This document shows positions 34,117 to 44,450 of a stretch of DNA of 64,000 bases, in pieces. The first letter of the stretch is position 1. Each line of letters opens with the position of its first letter. The notes beneath the pieces were generated by a model that ran no database searches, was not told where the DNA came from, and saw nothing but the letters and a program-made list of their open reading frames with translations. The translations under genes were made by a program, and so were the position numbers. The stretch is from an uncultured Clostridia bacterium (GTDB lineage Bacteria; Bacillota; Clostridia; Christensenellales; UBA1242): the NCBI GenBank assembly GCA_934754475.1, contig CAKVHV010000002.1, positions 256,951-320,950 of the forward strand, read 5' to 3'.

Positions 34117-34827
34117 ATGAATACTGAAAGAATACAAGAATTAATTGAAAAATACAATTTATTAACTAGAGAGATTTCTAACTTTAACGCAGACACAATT
34201 AAACCATCTTCAAACCACGAAGTTAGTTACAAAAGATATTTGAATCAATATGCAAAAAATAGAGATAGACTTCTAAGACAAAGAAAACCAATTGAAATAG
34301 AACTAGAGAAAAACCAGGATTTGTTTAATACAACTTTTGGCGAATTTGTCTTAGTTCTAAAAAATAGACTTTTGGAATTATATCCAAACTTAAACATGGA
34401 GTTTGATTTTGAAGAAAGTGGGATGTTCTCACCATCACTTAACAAAGAAACTTTCTCGCTATACCACGGAACTTCGACTACGGCTGATTACACTGGAAAC
34501 ATTTCGGCAGTTATTCATTTAGGAGATGACCTTCCAGATGTTGAGTTAGGAAAAATTGGTTCATTTAGAACTCAAAAAGAAAAACCTTATAATTTTGATA
34601 ATATTAAAAACAATCGAATAACTCATAGCGAATCGACACCAAGTATAAAAGAAGAATATGAGAATGTCCAAATGAATCTTTTAAAATTATATCTCCTATA
34701 TGACCCATTTGATTCAATCGAACAACAAGTTATAAAAAACAATAATAATCCAGTAGGACAAAAATTTAAACAAGCCTGCTATGATGTAATCGAAAGAAAC
34801 ATAAAATTCAAACAACAAGAGATGTAA
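34117..34827 (+). CDS. Hypothetical protein
   Basis: ORF 34063-34827. ATG at 34117 follows GGGAGA. No motif recognised. Confidence 0.4.
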   Translation: MNTERIQELIEKYNLLTREISNFNADTIKPSSNHEVSYKRYLNQYAKNRDRLLRQRKPIEIELEKNQDLFNTTFGEFVLVLKNRLLELYPNLNMEFDFEESGMFSPSLNKETFSLYHGTSTTADYTGNISAVIHLGDDLPDVELGKIGSFRTQKEKPYNFDNIKNNRITHSESTPSIKEEYENVQMNLLKLYLLYDPFDSIEQQVIKNNNNPVGQKFKQACYDVIERNIKFKQQEM

Positions 34828-34846
34828 AAAAAAAATTAATAACAAA

Positions 34847-34876
34847 TAAAAAGCCCAATATTCTTGGGCTTTTTTA
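34847..34876. terminator. Bidirectional terminator between convergent genes
   Basis: agccca-atattct-tgggct flanked by an A-run and a T-run. Confidence 0.65.
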
Positions 34877-36442
34877 CTTAATAGTTTTTTCCATAACACG
34901 TTCGTTTTCACTATCCAACTCTGGCTCAAAACTTCCACTTTGTATTGGTTCTGCGAGAGTTTTTTTGACATAATTTTGAGTTAAATTTTCAAACACACCC
35001 GTTGCACCATAGGCAAGTTTTGCTAATTTTTGCAAATAAGGTTTGTTTGAATCTTTCCACTTAGTGGTCAAATTTTCACTTTCTCTAACCACCTTTTCTA
35101 ATAGTGAACGAAATCCCGACAACTTGCCATTAGCATCTTCCAAAGTTCCCCTTAATTGTTCCGCTTCTGGCAAGCTTTCCAAAATTTCTCTCAAATTTGA
35201 ATCATGAGAAAGTGCATATAATTCATTACATAATGAAGAAATATTTGAAAATTCTTGTTGACCTATTAATCTTGTAAACTCTTCTGCTGGATATTCTCTT
35301 AATCTAGTTTCTTTGAGTTCTGGCAAGTATCTAGCTAAAAATCCGTCCATTATAGGAAACAACTTTCTATACTCCGACCCTATATCGCCACAATTTACAA
35401 TACAATCTTTGCCCAAGGCTACTCTTTTCTCAAACATTTTTTTAGCGAAATATTCTGTTACAACTTCGTTAAACATTTCGTTTTCCCTATATTGATTTGA
35501 ATAGTGTCCTTGACTTTTCATATTATGACCTTTTTCAAAACCACAACTATCCACTATGTGAACATATTCATGAAGAATAGTCACATCATCAGGGAAAGTT
35601 CCAAAATGAACCACATTATTACGCACAAAAGCCGTCGTTTCTAAACTCCTAAACAAACTCCACAAGTCCCCATTGGCATTAGACGCATGAACAACTGGGT
35701 CCATTCTAACACCAGCATAATTAACATAAAGAGCTTTGTCCACTTCTTCTGCAATTATATGTTTGTCATCTACTCCATTAGCGCGGCAATCTTTAACCAC
35801 TTCTTCAGCAACTTTGATTTTAAATTCTTCAACAAATGCTTTGAGTTTATCTATGTTCTCGTTAACCTTTGGGTTATCTCCATATATAGATATGTTTTGA
35901 TACTTTTTTGACAAGTCTTCAATTTGTTTTGATACTAAGTTTGCAAGAGATGAATCCTTTAATATTCCGTCTTTTGTTGTTCCAAGTTGTTTTAATGCCA
36001 ATTTTATTGTATAAGGATAAGAATTATCTTTTTGCAACAATTCAATAAAATCATGATTGTATTTCTCAAGTAAATTGTTTACCGTCGAAAATGCTTCGGG
36101 ATAATTAAATTCCATTCCATACAATCGTCTAAACTTAGACCTTTTTGCATCTACATTCAAAAAGCTCTCGATTGAATTTTTTGTTCCTACAGTTTGATAA
36201 CAAAAAGCAATTTGCGAAGAATCTATCTTTTCTCTAATTTTTGAAGCATGAGATTCACCCCAAAATTCCACAAACGTGTCATAAACTTGAGACTTAATAT
36301 TATCTTGAATTTTATCTTTTGATTCCAGCTCACCTTTTTCTAAATAATTGTTATAAAACATGTTATCACAAATATGCGTAATTTCTGATATGTATTCTGG
36401 CGAGAACGAATTAATCACACTTTTAAAATCCATTTTCACCAC
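34874..36442 (-). CDS. Hypothetical protein with a zincin-like HExxH...E motif
   Basis: 522 aa. ILHEYVHIVD followed by NEMFNEVVTEYF, a gluzincin-like arrangement. Confidence 0.4.
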   Translation of the reverse strand: MVKMDFKSVINSFSPEYISEITHICDNMFYNNYLEKGELESKDKIQDNIKSQVYDTFVEFWGESHASKIREKIDSSQIAFCYQTVGTKNSIESFLNVDAKRSKFRRLYGMEFNYPEAFSTVNNLLEKYNHDFIELLQKDNSYPYTIKLALKQLGTTKDGILKDSSLANLVSKQIEDLSKKYQNISIYGDNPKVNENIDKLKAFVEEFKIKVAEEVVKDCRANGVDDKHIIAEEVDKALYVNYAGVRMDPVVHASNANGDLWSLFRSLETTAFVRNNVVHFGTFPDDVTILHEYVHIVDSCGFEKGHNMKSQGHYSNQYRENEMFNEVVTEYFAKKMFEKRVALGKDCIVNCGDIGSEYRKLFPIMDGFLARYLPELKETRLREYPAEEFTRLIGQQEFSNISSLCNELYALSHDSNLREILESLPEAEQLRGTLEDANGKLSGFRSLLEKVVRESENLTTKWKDSNKPYLQKLAKLAYGATGVFENLTQNYVKKTLAEPIQSGSFEPELDSENERVMEKTIK

Positions 36443-36823
36443 CTATTTTTCATCGTGTGAATTCAACAATTCAGCAATTTCTTTTTTACGTTTTTCTTCT
36501 TCTAACAAAAAGTTTTCGTTATTAATTTCATTTTTTTTAATTAAATACAATAGCGACGAAAAAGTTTCTGGCACTTTGTTTGAGCCAACAATTTGTCTTG
36601 AACCATTTTCGTTTTCATATGCGATTTTGTAACAAATCCCATCCATCATATTTGTATCTTCCATTCTATCTGGCCAATCTTTGACAATATCAATTGCTTG
36701 TCTTACAAAAGTTTTTACTCCATCTTTTTTTGACTCAAGTCCGAAAGTAAATTCGTTTGTTTTGTCGTCAGCATATATTGAATAAGTTTTTTCTCTTGAC
36801 CAAATTACAATTTTTATTTTCAT
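36443..36823 (-). CDS. Hypothetical protein, translationally coupled to the HExxH protein
   Basis: 126 aa. Its stop abuts the downstream ATG with no gap. Confidence 0.4.
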   Translation of the reverse strand: MKIKIVIWSREKTYSIYADDKTNEFTFGLESKKDGVKTFVRQAIDIVKDWPDRMEDTNMMDGICYKIAYENENGSRQIVGSNKVPETFSSLLYLIKKNEINNENFLLEEEKRKKEIAELLNSHDEK

Positions 36824-36950
36824 AAAAACACCATGTTACTTTTTAATATTCATAACTATACTAACACGAAACATATTTTTTACAAAACAATTTTAAATTA
36901 AGACTAAACAAATTACTACCGCATTGCTATTTATATTGTTTTAAATCTTA

Positions 36951-36990
36951 AAAAAAGTTAAGCGGATAATTTTACCGCTTAACTTTTTTT
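36951..36990. terminator. Bidirectional rho-independent terminator
   Basis: gttaagcgg...ccgcttaac stem flanked by an A-run and a T-run. Confidence 0.65.
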
Positions 36991-37331
36991 CAAACAACTT
37001 CCAATTTGAATGCAACTACACCAAACTTTTGTTCTTCGGCTGGAGTATAGTATTTGTGATAACAATCTACACAATCTTGTTTTGTCGCTCCCGGCTCAAA
37101 GCCCACACTAGTCAAAGACAAAACTTCAGACATCTCTTCAAAACTATTAAAGTGTTTGATGTCGACTACCTTAGCAAGCACTCCTTCCAAAAGTTTGGGT
37201 TGCTTTTTAAATAGAATTCTATCTCCAATATGAACACCCTTTCTTTTGTCATCATTAAGTCTTACTTCCCAAATCTTTTTGTGAGACTTAATCTTTTCAA
37301 ATGGTTCCGGATTTAATTTCATTACTATCAT
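36990..37331 (-). CDS. ASCH domain protein
   Basis: 113 aa. MKLNPEPFEKIKSHKKIWEVRLNDDKR...GDRILF is typical of ASCH (PUA-like) domains. Confidence 0.7.
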   Translation of the reverse strand: MIVMKLNPEPFEKIKSHKKIWEVRLNDDKRKGVHIGDRILFKKQPKLLEGVLAKVVDIKHFNSFEEMSEVLSLTSVGFEPGATKQDCVDCYHKYYTPAEEQKFGVVAFKLEVV

Positions 37332-37742
37332 ATTTATTTCTCTTAAATTAAAATTTGTATTGAATTATTAGCTTTGTTATACACTTTCAAGTTTAAAAAT
37401 TTTCTCACTCAAAACTAGCGTTTTTTAAATCAAATTTATCTTAAATCATCTAACTATTAATTCTCAATTAGCATAACTAAATTTATAAATATTGTCAATT
37501 AAATATTCCCAAAATCAAAGATATTTAAAAAAGAAAATAAGTTACAATCAGATAAAACGATATTGCAATCTTCACATATTGCCTAGTTTTTAGTTGTATA
37601 TTTTTGTCAATAACTATGATGTTTATGTCAATAACATAAATACATGTGTCATAAATTATATATTTAAAATACAACACAAAATATTTGATATTTTATTTTG
37701 ACTATAAAATGTTATGTTAAAAATTGTTTATTTAAATACATT

Positions 37743-38249
37743 TTATATAAACCTGCAAATCAAACAACCTACAATTGCACCTATTAGATTTGCAAGAACT
37801 CCCACAATTATTGCATATCTAAATTTTGTAATTTTGGTCTTTCCAAAAAAGACTGCAACAACATAAAATATAGCTTCGCTACACCCCGCAATTACACAGC
37901 CCGCTCTAGCAAGATAACTATCTGCACCATATGTTATAAATATATTTTCAAGTAATGCTAATGCCCCGCAACCCGTAAAATTTTTTAGAATTACTAGTTC
38001 AGATAATTGCTTTGGAATTCCAACAAATTCAAACACTGGTGCTACGAAATCTGAAAATAACACGCTAAGACCTGACACATTAAAAATCTCAACAGCGACA
38101 AAAATTGTTGCTATGTACGGAAAAGAAGTTAGCACCAAATCAAACGAAGATTTTGCACCAACAACAAAACTATTATATGTATTATTTTTTTTGATTACAC
38201 TATACAAAAGCAGTAAAATTATTAAACTGGGAAGAATATATTTACTCAT
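37743..38249 (-). CDS. spmB: Spore maturation protein B (nucleoside recognition domain)
   Basis: Multi-pass membrane protein paired with spmA. ATG at 38249 overlaps the spmA stop by 8 nt. Confidence 0.7.
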   Translation of the reverse strand: MSKYILPSLIILLLLYSVIKKNNTYNSFVVGAKSSFDLVLTSFPYIATIFVAVEIFNVSGLSVLFSDFVAPVFEFVGIPKQLSELVILKNFTGCGALALLENIFITYGADSYLARAGCVIAGCSEAIFYVVAVFFGKTKITKFRYAIIVGVLANLIGAIVGCLICRFI

Positions 38250-38814
38250 GTTTGTCCTTAAATATTTTTGAAAAAATCTTAACCAAAAGTATTCCAGATA
38301 GAGTACTAGCAAGTGTTGCTATAAGAGTGGGAATAATTATGTCTGTAGGAGAAGTGCTTCCCGCTGTAATTCTCAGACCTATTATTGTTGTCGGAATTAA
38401 TTGCAAACTAGTTGAGTTCAAAATTATCACCATAATCATAGCCGACGTTGCATATTTCCCGCAGTTTTTGTCAAGACCTTTGATTGCATTCATTCCACTT
38501 GGAGTACAAGCATTGCCCATTCCAAATAGATTGCTTGTAATATTAATTGCAATTTGGTTTTCGGTGTATTCATCAGTTTTGCCAAACAATAATTTTATAA
38601 CTGGTCTTAGCAGTTTTGCAAGTTTCTTGTCTAACCCCGTTTCTTCAACAATTTTGAGAATCCCCAACCAAATTGTATATATCCCCCAAAGTTTGATAGT
38701 GAGTGCAACCGCCTTGCTTCCGCCAGCAAGAAGCGCATTCATAGCAAGTTCTACATTATTAAAAAGCAACAATCCCATGCCAACAAGTATTACGCTTGTC
38801 CAAACAAAATTCAT
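38242..38814 (-). CDS. spmA: Spore maturation protein A (nucleoside recognition domain)
   Basis: 190 aa. MNFVWTSVILVG... has the typical SpmA N-terminus and size. Confidence 0.7.
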   Translation of the reverse strand: MNFVWTSVILVGMGLLLFNNVELAMNALLAGGSKAVALTIKLWGIYTIWLGILKIVEETGLDKKLAKLLRPVIKLLFGKTDEYTENQIAINITSNLFGMGNACTPSGMNAIKGLDKNCGKYATSAMIMVIILNSTSLQLIPTTIIGLRITAGSTSPTDIIIPTLIATLASTLSGILLVKIFSKIFKDKHE

Positions 38815-39054
38815 AAAAAATATCCTTTTTCAAATTAAACTCTTTACAAAACAGATTTATCATTGTATACTTTTGTATGTATTAGTATTAATAAATATTA
38901 TTTAGATAAAGTAATGCGTTGCACCAAAACTATATAGTTAGTATTCAAAGTTTCAATACAACAAAACTAAAATATCTTTTTAAAATATTTATGAAAACAC
39001 TTTTTAAAATAGAAATACTTTTTTGATTTTTTGAAAGATTATAAGGAGATAAAA

Positions 39055-41031
39055 ATGAAAGATAACAAACATTATTACATCACCACCCCTATCTATTATG
39101 CCAGCGGAAGACTCACAGTCGGTCATTGCTACAGCACTGTACTTGCAGATATTAATGCGAGATTTCATAGACTAAATGGTGACAAAGTATTTTTTGCAAC
39201 AGGTAGTGACGAGCATGGTTTAAAGATTGCTAGAGTAGCCGAACAAAACAACATGACTCCAAAAGAATTTGTAGACAAGACTGTTGGCGAATTCAAAGAC
39301 ATTTGGCAAAAGTTGGGAATCACTTATGACAAGTTTATAAGAACTACTGACGAAGAACACATTAAACTTGTTGAAAAAGTTTATGACAAACTTTATGCAT
39401 CAGGAGATATTTATCTTGGAAAATACAAGGGACTATATTGTGTTCCTTGTGAGACATTCTTTACCGAAAGCCAACTAGTAGACGGAAATTGCCCAGACTG
39501 TGGCAGACCAGTTGAAATGACCGAAGAAGAATGCTATTTCCTAAGACTTAGCAAGTATCAAGACTTTTTGGAAAACTTATTCGAAGAAAATCCAAACTTC
39601 CTTGTTCCCGAAAGCAGAAAAAATGAAATATTTAATAACTTTATAAAACCCGGCGTTTCGGATTTGTGTGTATCTAGGACGACTTTTGATTGGGGCATTA
39701 AACTACCTTTTAACAAAAAACACGTTGCTTATGTTTGGATTGACGCCCTTCTTAACTACCTATCTATACTTGGATACGACACCGACCATGACAAAGACTA
39801 TCAAGATTTTTGGCCATGCGATGTTCATATTGTAGGAAGAGATATTACAAGATTTCATGCCATTATTTGGCCTATACTTCTCAAAATGCTTGACCTACCA
39901 CTTCCAAAACAAATTCACTCAACAGGGTTCATAACACTCAAAGGCGACAAGATTAGCAAGTCTAAGAGTAACGGATTTAACCCACTTAGCCTAGTTGACA
40001 AATACGGCGCAGATGCACTTAGATATTATCTATGCAAGTTAGGACCAATTTTTAGCGATAGCCCATACACTGCCGAACAATTTGTAAATACAGTTAACTC
40101 CGACTTATGCAACGACTTAGGAAACTTGGTGAGCAGAACTTTGGCAATGATAACTCAATACAATTCTCAAATTATCCCAGAGCCAAAGGTTGAAGATACA
40201 GAAGAAAAAGAATTAATAAACACTTGCAACGAATTATTCAACAAATGTTGCGATTACATGAAAGACCAAAGAATTGATTTGTATGTAAACGAAATTTTTG
40301 CAGTTATTAGACAAGCAAACAAATATATTGATGTGACTGAGCCTTGGAAACTAGCAAAAGACCCAAATAAAAAAGATAAACTAGAGACAGTTTTGTATTC
40401 GCTATCCGAAACAATTAGAATTGTAACTGTACTTTTGCAAGCAGTTATGTTTGAAATTCCTGCCAAAATCTTTGAAAAGTTTGGTTATACTCCAAATCTT
40501 CAAACTTTTGATAGTATTCAAAGTTTCTCAAAAAACAACTTTGGCTTCAAAGTTAACAAAGGCGACAACTTGTTCCCAAGACTCGATGTCGAAAAAGAAA
40601 TCGCTTTCCTAGATACCCCTAACACCCCTAACACTCAAAGCACTCCTAAGAATGTTGAGACCAAAAAGCAAGAGACAAGTGAAGACAAAGCAAATACTAT
40701 TAATTTTGTAACGATTGACGACTTTGACAAAATTAAATTAGTAACCGGAAAGATTTTGAATAGCGAATACATCGAAGGCGCTGACAAACTTCTCAAAAAC
40801 ACAGTCAAGATTGGTGACGAAGTTAGAACAATTTGTAGCGGAATTAGAAAATACTACGAGCCTAAAGCCATAATTGGAAAAACTGTAGTTGTTGTTAGCA
40901 ACTTGCCACCAAGAAAACTTCGTGGAGTTGAAAGTTTTGGAATGTTACTTTGCGCTGTTGACGAAACAAATGACAAACTATCCTTGATTACTTTGGATAG
41001 AGATTTGGGCGACGGACTTGGAGTTTGCTAA
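39055..41031 (+). CDS. metG: Methionine--tRNA ligase with a C-terminal tRNA-binding (EMAP/Trbp111-like) domain
   Basis: YYITTPIYYASGRLTVGHCY (HIGH region), KISKSKSN (KMSKS), Zn knuckle CPDCGRP. ATG follows AAGGAG. Confidence 0.92.
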   Translation: MKDNKHYYITTPIYYASGRLTVGHCYSTVLADINARFHRLNGDKVFFATGSDEHGLKIARVAEQNNMTPKEFVDKTVGEFKDIWQKLGITYDKFIRTTDEEHIKLVEKVYDKLYASGDIYLGKYKGLYCVPCETFFTESQLVDGNCPDCGRPVEMTEEECYFLRLSKYQDFLENLFEENPNFLVPESRKNEIFNNFIKPGVSDLCVSRTTFDWGIKLPFNKKHVAYVWIDALLNYLSILGYDTDHDKDYQDFWPCDVHIVGRDITRFHAIIWPILLKMLDLPLPKQIHSTGFITLKGDKISKSKSNGFNPLSLVDKYGADALRYYLCKLGPIFSDSPYTAEQFVNTVNSDLCNDLGNLVSRTLAMITQYNSQIIPEPKVEDTEEKELINTCNELFNKCCDYMKDQRIDLYVNEIFAVIRQANKYIDVTEPWKLAKDPNKKDKLETVLYSLSETIRIVTVLLQAVMFEIPAKIFEKFGYTPNLQTFDSIQSFSKNNFGFKVNKGDNLFPRLDVEKEIAFLDTPNTPNTQSTPKNVETKKQETSEDKANTINFVTIDDFDKIKLVTGKILNSEYIEGADKLLKNTVKIGDEVRTICSGIRKYYEPKAIIGKTVVVVSNLPPRKLRGVESFGMLLCAVDETNDKLSLITLDRDLGDGLGVC

Positions 41032-41032
41032 A

Positions 41033-41809
41033 ATGCTAATTGATACTCATGCACACTTAACTGACGAAAAATTCTTGGGTCTTACAGATGACATAATCAA
41101 AGACTTAGAAAATCAAAAAGTCGAAAAAGTCTTTTGTATGGCGACAGACAAAAAAAGCATTGAAGATGTTTTTGAACTTTCTCAAAAGTATCCAAACATT
41201 TATGCCATGCTAGGCATTCATCCCGAAGACCTTGATGACTGGGATGACAAAACGAAAGATAGAATAATAGAACTTTCTCAAAACCCAAAAGTAATTGGAA
41301 TTGGCGAAATTGGACTAGATTATCACTTTCGAAGTGACAACAAAGAAAAACAAAAATATGTCTTTGTCGAACAACTAAAACTAGCACATATGCTCAAACT
41401 TCCCGTAAGCATCCACAATAGAGATAGCATTGGGGACATGCTTGAAATCTTGAAAGCAAACAAAGATTTACTTGAATTTGGCGGAGTTATACATTGTTTT
41501 AGCGAAAGCCTAGAAGTATTCAGAGAAATCAAAAAACTGGGACTCAAAATAGGCTTTGGCGGAACATTAACTTTCAAAAATAGCGTGACCGCCCCACTTG
41601 TTTGCAAAGAATGTGACATGACAGATTTTCTTATTGAAACCGATTGCCCATATCTAGCACCCGAACCTTTTAGGGGAAAGTTAAACGAACCTAAATACAC
41701 TACTTATATCGCGCAAAAAATCGGACTTATTAAGGGAGTTTCCTACGACACCGTAGTTGAAAATGCCAAAAAGAATGCACTTGAACTATTCAAAAAGGTG
41801 AATTTATGA
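41033..41809 (+). CDS. tatD: TatD family hydrolase
   Basis: MLIDTHAHL, GEIGLDY, HNRDS and ETDCPYLAP motifs. Confidence 0.85.
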   Translation: MLIDTHAHLTDEKFLGLTDDIIKDLENQKVEKVFCMATDKKSIEDVFELSQKYPNIYAMLGIHPEDLDDWDDKTKDRIIELSQNPKVIGIGEIGLDYHFRSDNKEKQKYVFVEQLKLAHMLKLPVSIHNRDSIGDMLEILKANKDLLEFGGVIHCFSESLEVFREIKKLGLKIGFGGTLTFKNSVTAPLVCKECDMTDFLIETDCPYLAPEPFRGKLNEPKYTTYIAQKIGLIKGVSYDTVVENAKKNALELFKKVNL

Positions 41810-42636
41810 TAAATCAAATTTTGAAAGACAACAATTTCAAATTTAACAAGGCATATGGTCAAAACTTTATCTTCGACAAAAACTTTCTTAAGTCAATTGT
41901 AGATATGGTTGCAACCAAAGACGATGAAGTTTTGGAAATTGGTGCTGGCGCTGGAACTCTTACATCAATGCTAGCAAGTGCAACAAAAAAGGTTGTAAGT
42001 TACGAAATTGACAACAACCTTCAACCCATTCTCAATGACACACTCAAAGATTACCCTAATGCACAAGTTATATTCAAAGATATAATGAAAGTCCAAATGG
42101 ATGAGATAGAAAGCAATTTTGAAGGCGACTATATAATGGTTGCAAATCTACCTTATTATATAACCACCCCAATAATATTCAAGTTTTTGGAAAATGCCAA
42201 ACATCTCAAATCCATGTCTATAATGGTTCAACTTGAAGTTGCTGAGCGACTTACAGCCAAGCCAAACACCAAAGATTATGGAGCAATAACTCCCGCAATT
42301 GACTATAGAGCCAATGCAAAAATAATCAAACGTGTCGGAAGACACATGTTTACTCCCGCACCAAATGTGGATAGTGCTATTGTCAAAATTGACTTTGTTC
42401 CAAACAAATTTGATATTTTAGATACTCACACAATGGACGAGACTATCAAGGCTTTGTTTGCAATGCGTCGAAAAACAATTTCAAACAATCTAAAAAGTCA
42501 CTTCTGTCTGTCACAAGAAAGTATCCAAATTATTTGTAATAACACAAATATTTCACCAACCGCTCGTGGTGAAACTTTAGATACTCAAACAATCGTTAAT
42601 TTAAGTAATGAAATTTTCAAAATGAAAAATATGTAA
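41806..42636 (+). CDS. rsmA: 16S rRNA (adenine1518/1519-N6)-dimethyltransferase
   Basis: YGQNFIFDKN, EIGAGAGTLT, ANLPYYITTPI. Conserved metG-tatD-rsmA context. Confidence 0.9.
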   Translation: MINQILKDNNFKFNKAYGQNFIFDKNFLKSIVDMVATKDDEVLEIGAGAGTLTSMLASATKKVVSYEIDNNLQPILNDTLKDYPNAQVIFKDIMKVQMDEIESNFEGDYIMVANLPYYITTPIIFKFLENAKHLKSMSIMVQLEVAERLTAKPNTKDYGAITPAIDYRANAKIIKRVGRHMFTPAPNVDSAIVKIDFVPNKFDILDTHTMDETIKALFAMRRKTISNNLKSHFCLSQESIQIICNNTNISPTARGETLDTQTIVNLSNEIFKMKNM

Positions 42637-42637
42637 A

Positions 42638-42670
42638 TAAAAAGTCGCGGTGTAATACTGCGACTTTTTA
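42638..42670 (+). terminator. Rho-independent terminator after rsmA
   Basis: agtcgc...gcgact stem plus a T-run. Confidence 0.65.
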
Positions 42671-43246
42671 ATTTACATCCATTTACTTAAGCAATTCTCA
42701 CCACTTTGTGCTAGTTTTTCTGTTGTTGCTATTTTTCTAATTATTCAAATACTTTGATTATATCTAAATAAGTTGCTTGTGGGCGATTTTCTCTTTAAGC
42801 ATTTAAATTAACTATTTGATAAGGGCTTTATACAAAAAAGCGCTACCAGGGGTGAGTTAGTCCCCATAGTAGCAATAAAAAGGAGTTATTTATAAAAAAT
42901 AAACTAATACTTTCGTACTAGCATGCTAATTATATCAAATGAAATATGATTGGTCAATCAAATTTTAAATAACTTTTAATATTTTTTGGATATTATATTT
43001 TTAAGATTAATTAATACTATTCAACAACTATGCCACTAAAGTACTCAAGTCAAATTAAACATTAATTTATCAAAACATTAATTCAATTTCATAAACATCT
43101 TAATTTATTTGTTTTTGTAGCAACAAAATTTGAATATGCTAAAATTCAACAAAAATGTAATAAACATTACATAATTCACGGAGAGTTTTAACAAAAAAAG
43201 AAGTCAACTTCATATATACTAATTAGTAAAATAAAGGTGGTATATT

Positions 43247-44281
43247 ATGAGTACTTTCAAAAAAACTGTATTTCTTTCTAACAAAGAAAGCAAAGTCAAA
43301 GGGATGGCTACTCTAACTCTTGAAAAAAAAGGAACTGGAATATTTTGTACACTCAAGTCGTTTAACTTTGACGAAAAGTATCAAAACCTTGTGTTAGGAC
43401 TAAAATCGGATGACAAAATTATCAAACAAAATATTAAGTTTAACGACAATGTATATAATTTTATCTTAAACCAAAACTTGGATTTGGAAAAGAGTGTTGG
43501 ATGCGTGCTTATGAATGTTACGGACACAAGTATTAGTCCAATTATTTGGGGAAGTGAAAAAAGCGAAAACTACAAAACCCAAATTGTAAACAAAATGAAA
43601 GCAAGTATTGAAAACTTGAGTTTTCCGTCAAATTATTCGCCAAAAAAACCAAGTACAACACCCAAAATAGATAATCAAGATATGAGTCCAAATATCCAAA
43701 AATCCAATTTGGAAAGTGACCCCTATCCTGACACTCACGAACAAGTATTTTCAAAAATAATGGGGAAAACACCCGATTATACTGAGCAACTTTCTATGGA
43801 TACTGAGACTATGTCGTTTAGACCAAAAGACTCACACGAAGTAGCCCAAACCGCCAGCATGGCAGACTTGTTTGAAAACTCGGACGAAGAAATAAACAAA
43901 CAAATTGATAGCGAATTAAATGAAATTCCAACCGGAAACTCCAAAGAACACAAGTTCTATAGCATGATTGCCGACCAACTCGAAGAACTCTTTGATAAAT
44001 ATCCTAGAGAGATAGGACTTCAAAACTTGGTTGAAAATAGTCGTTGGGTCAAGATTACAGACGAAGATAATGATAGAAACTATGTAGTTGGAATAATTTA
44101 TTTAGACAACGACATTAAATACATATGTTATGGAGTTCCAGGCTCATATTATAGTGAACCACCAAGAGAACTCAAAAATTATAGTCAGTGGCTCCCAAGC
44201 GATACAACGAATCCATACGAAAATGGTTATTGGGTGATGTATCAAGATGCAGATACTGGCGAAAATGTAATGGTTAATTAA
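43247..44281 (+). CDS. Hypothetical protein
   Basis: 344 aa preceded by AAAGGTGG. Conserved-looking C-terminus YICYGVPG...PP...W.P. Family not recognised. Confidence 0.5.
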   Translation: MSTFKKTVFLSNKESKVKGMATLTLEKKGTGIFCTLKSFNFDEKYQNLVLGLKSDDKIIKQNIKFNDNVYNFILNQNLDLEKSVGCVLMNVTDTSISPIIWGSEKSENYKTQIVNKMKASIENLSFPSNYSPKKPSTTPKIDNQDMSPNIQKSNLESDPYPDTHEQVFSKIMGKTPDYTEQLSMDTETMSFRPKDSHEVAQTASMADLFENSDEEINKQIDSELNEIPTGNSKEHKFYSMIADQLEELFDKYPREIGLQNLVENSRWVKITDEDNDRNYVVGIIYLDNDIKYICYGVPGSYYSEPPRELKNYSQWLPSDTTNPYENGYWVMYQDADTGENVMVN

Positions 44282-44408
44282 TTATAAAATAACAATTTAT
44301 TATTATGATACTAATGTATTTAATTTATTAATTATTAGAATTATAATACAAATATTATTATTCTAATTGGCTTAAATATAGAAACTAAAAATAAATTAAG
44401 ATATAGAC

Positions 44409-44444
44409 AAAAAAAGTAATTGAATTAATTTCAATTACTTTTTA
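44409..44444. terminator. Bidirectional terminator
   Basis: agtaattgaa...ttcaattact stem flanked by an A-run and a T-run, between convergent genes. Confidence 0.6.
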
Positions 44445-44450
44445 TTACAC

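Noticed and set aside
38252-38905. 217-aa plus-strand ORF
   Set aside because: It is entirely antisense to the well-supported spmA/spmB genes. It has a low-complexity hydrophobic composition typical of a shadow ORF, and no RBS.
38815-39054. T-box or other riboswitch leader upstream of metG
   Set aside because: The region is uniformly AT-rich. I see no T-box sequence (AAnnnGGGTGGnACCGCG-like), no specifier-loop architecture and no terminator/antiterminator pair.
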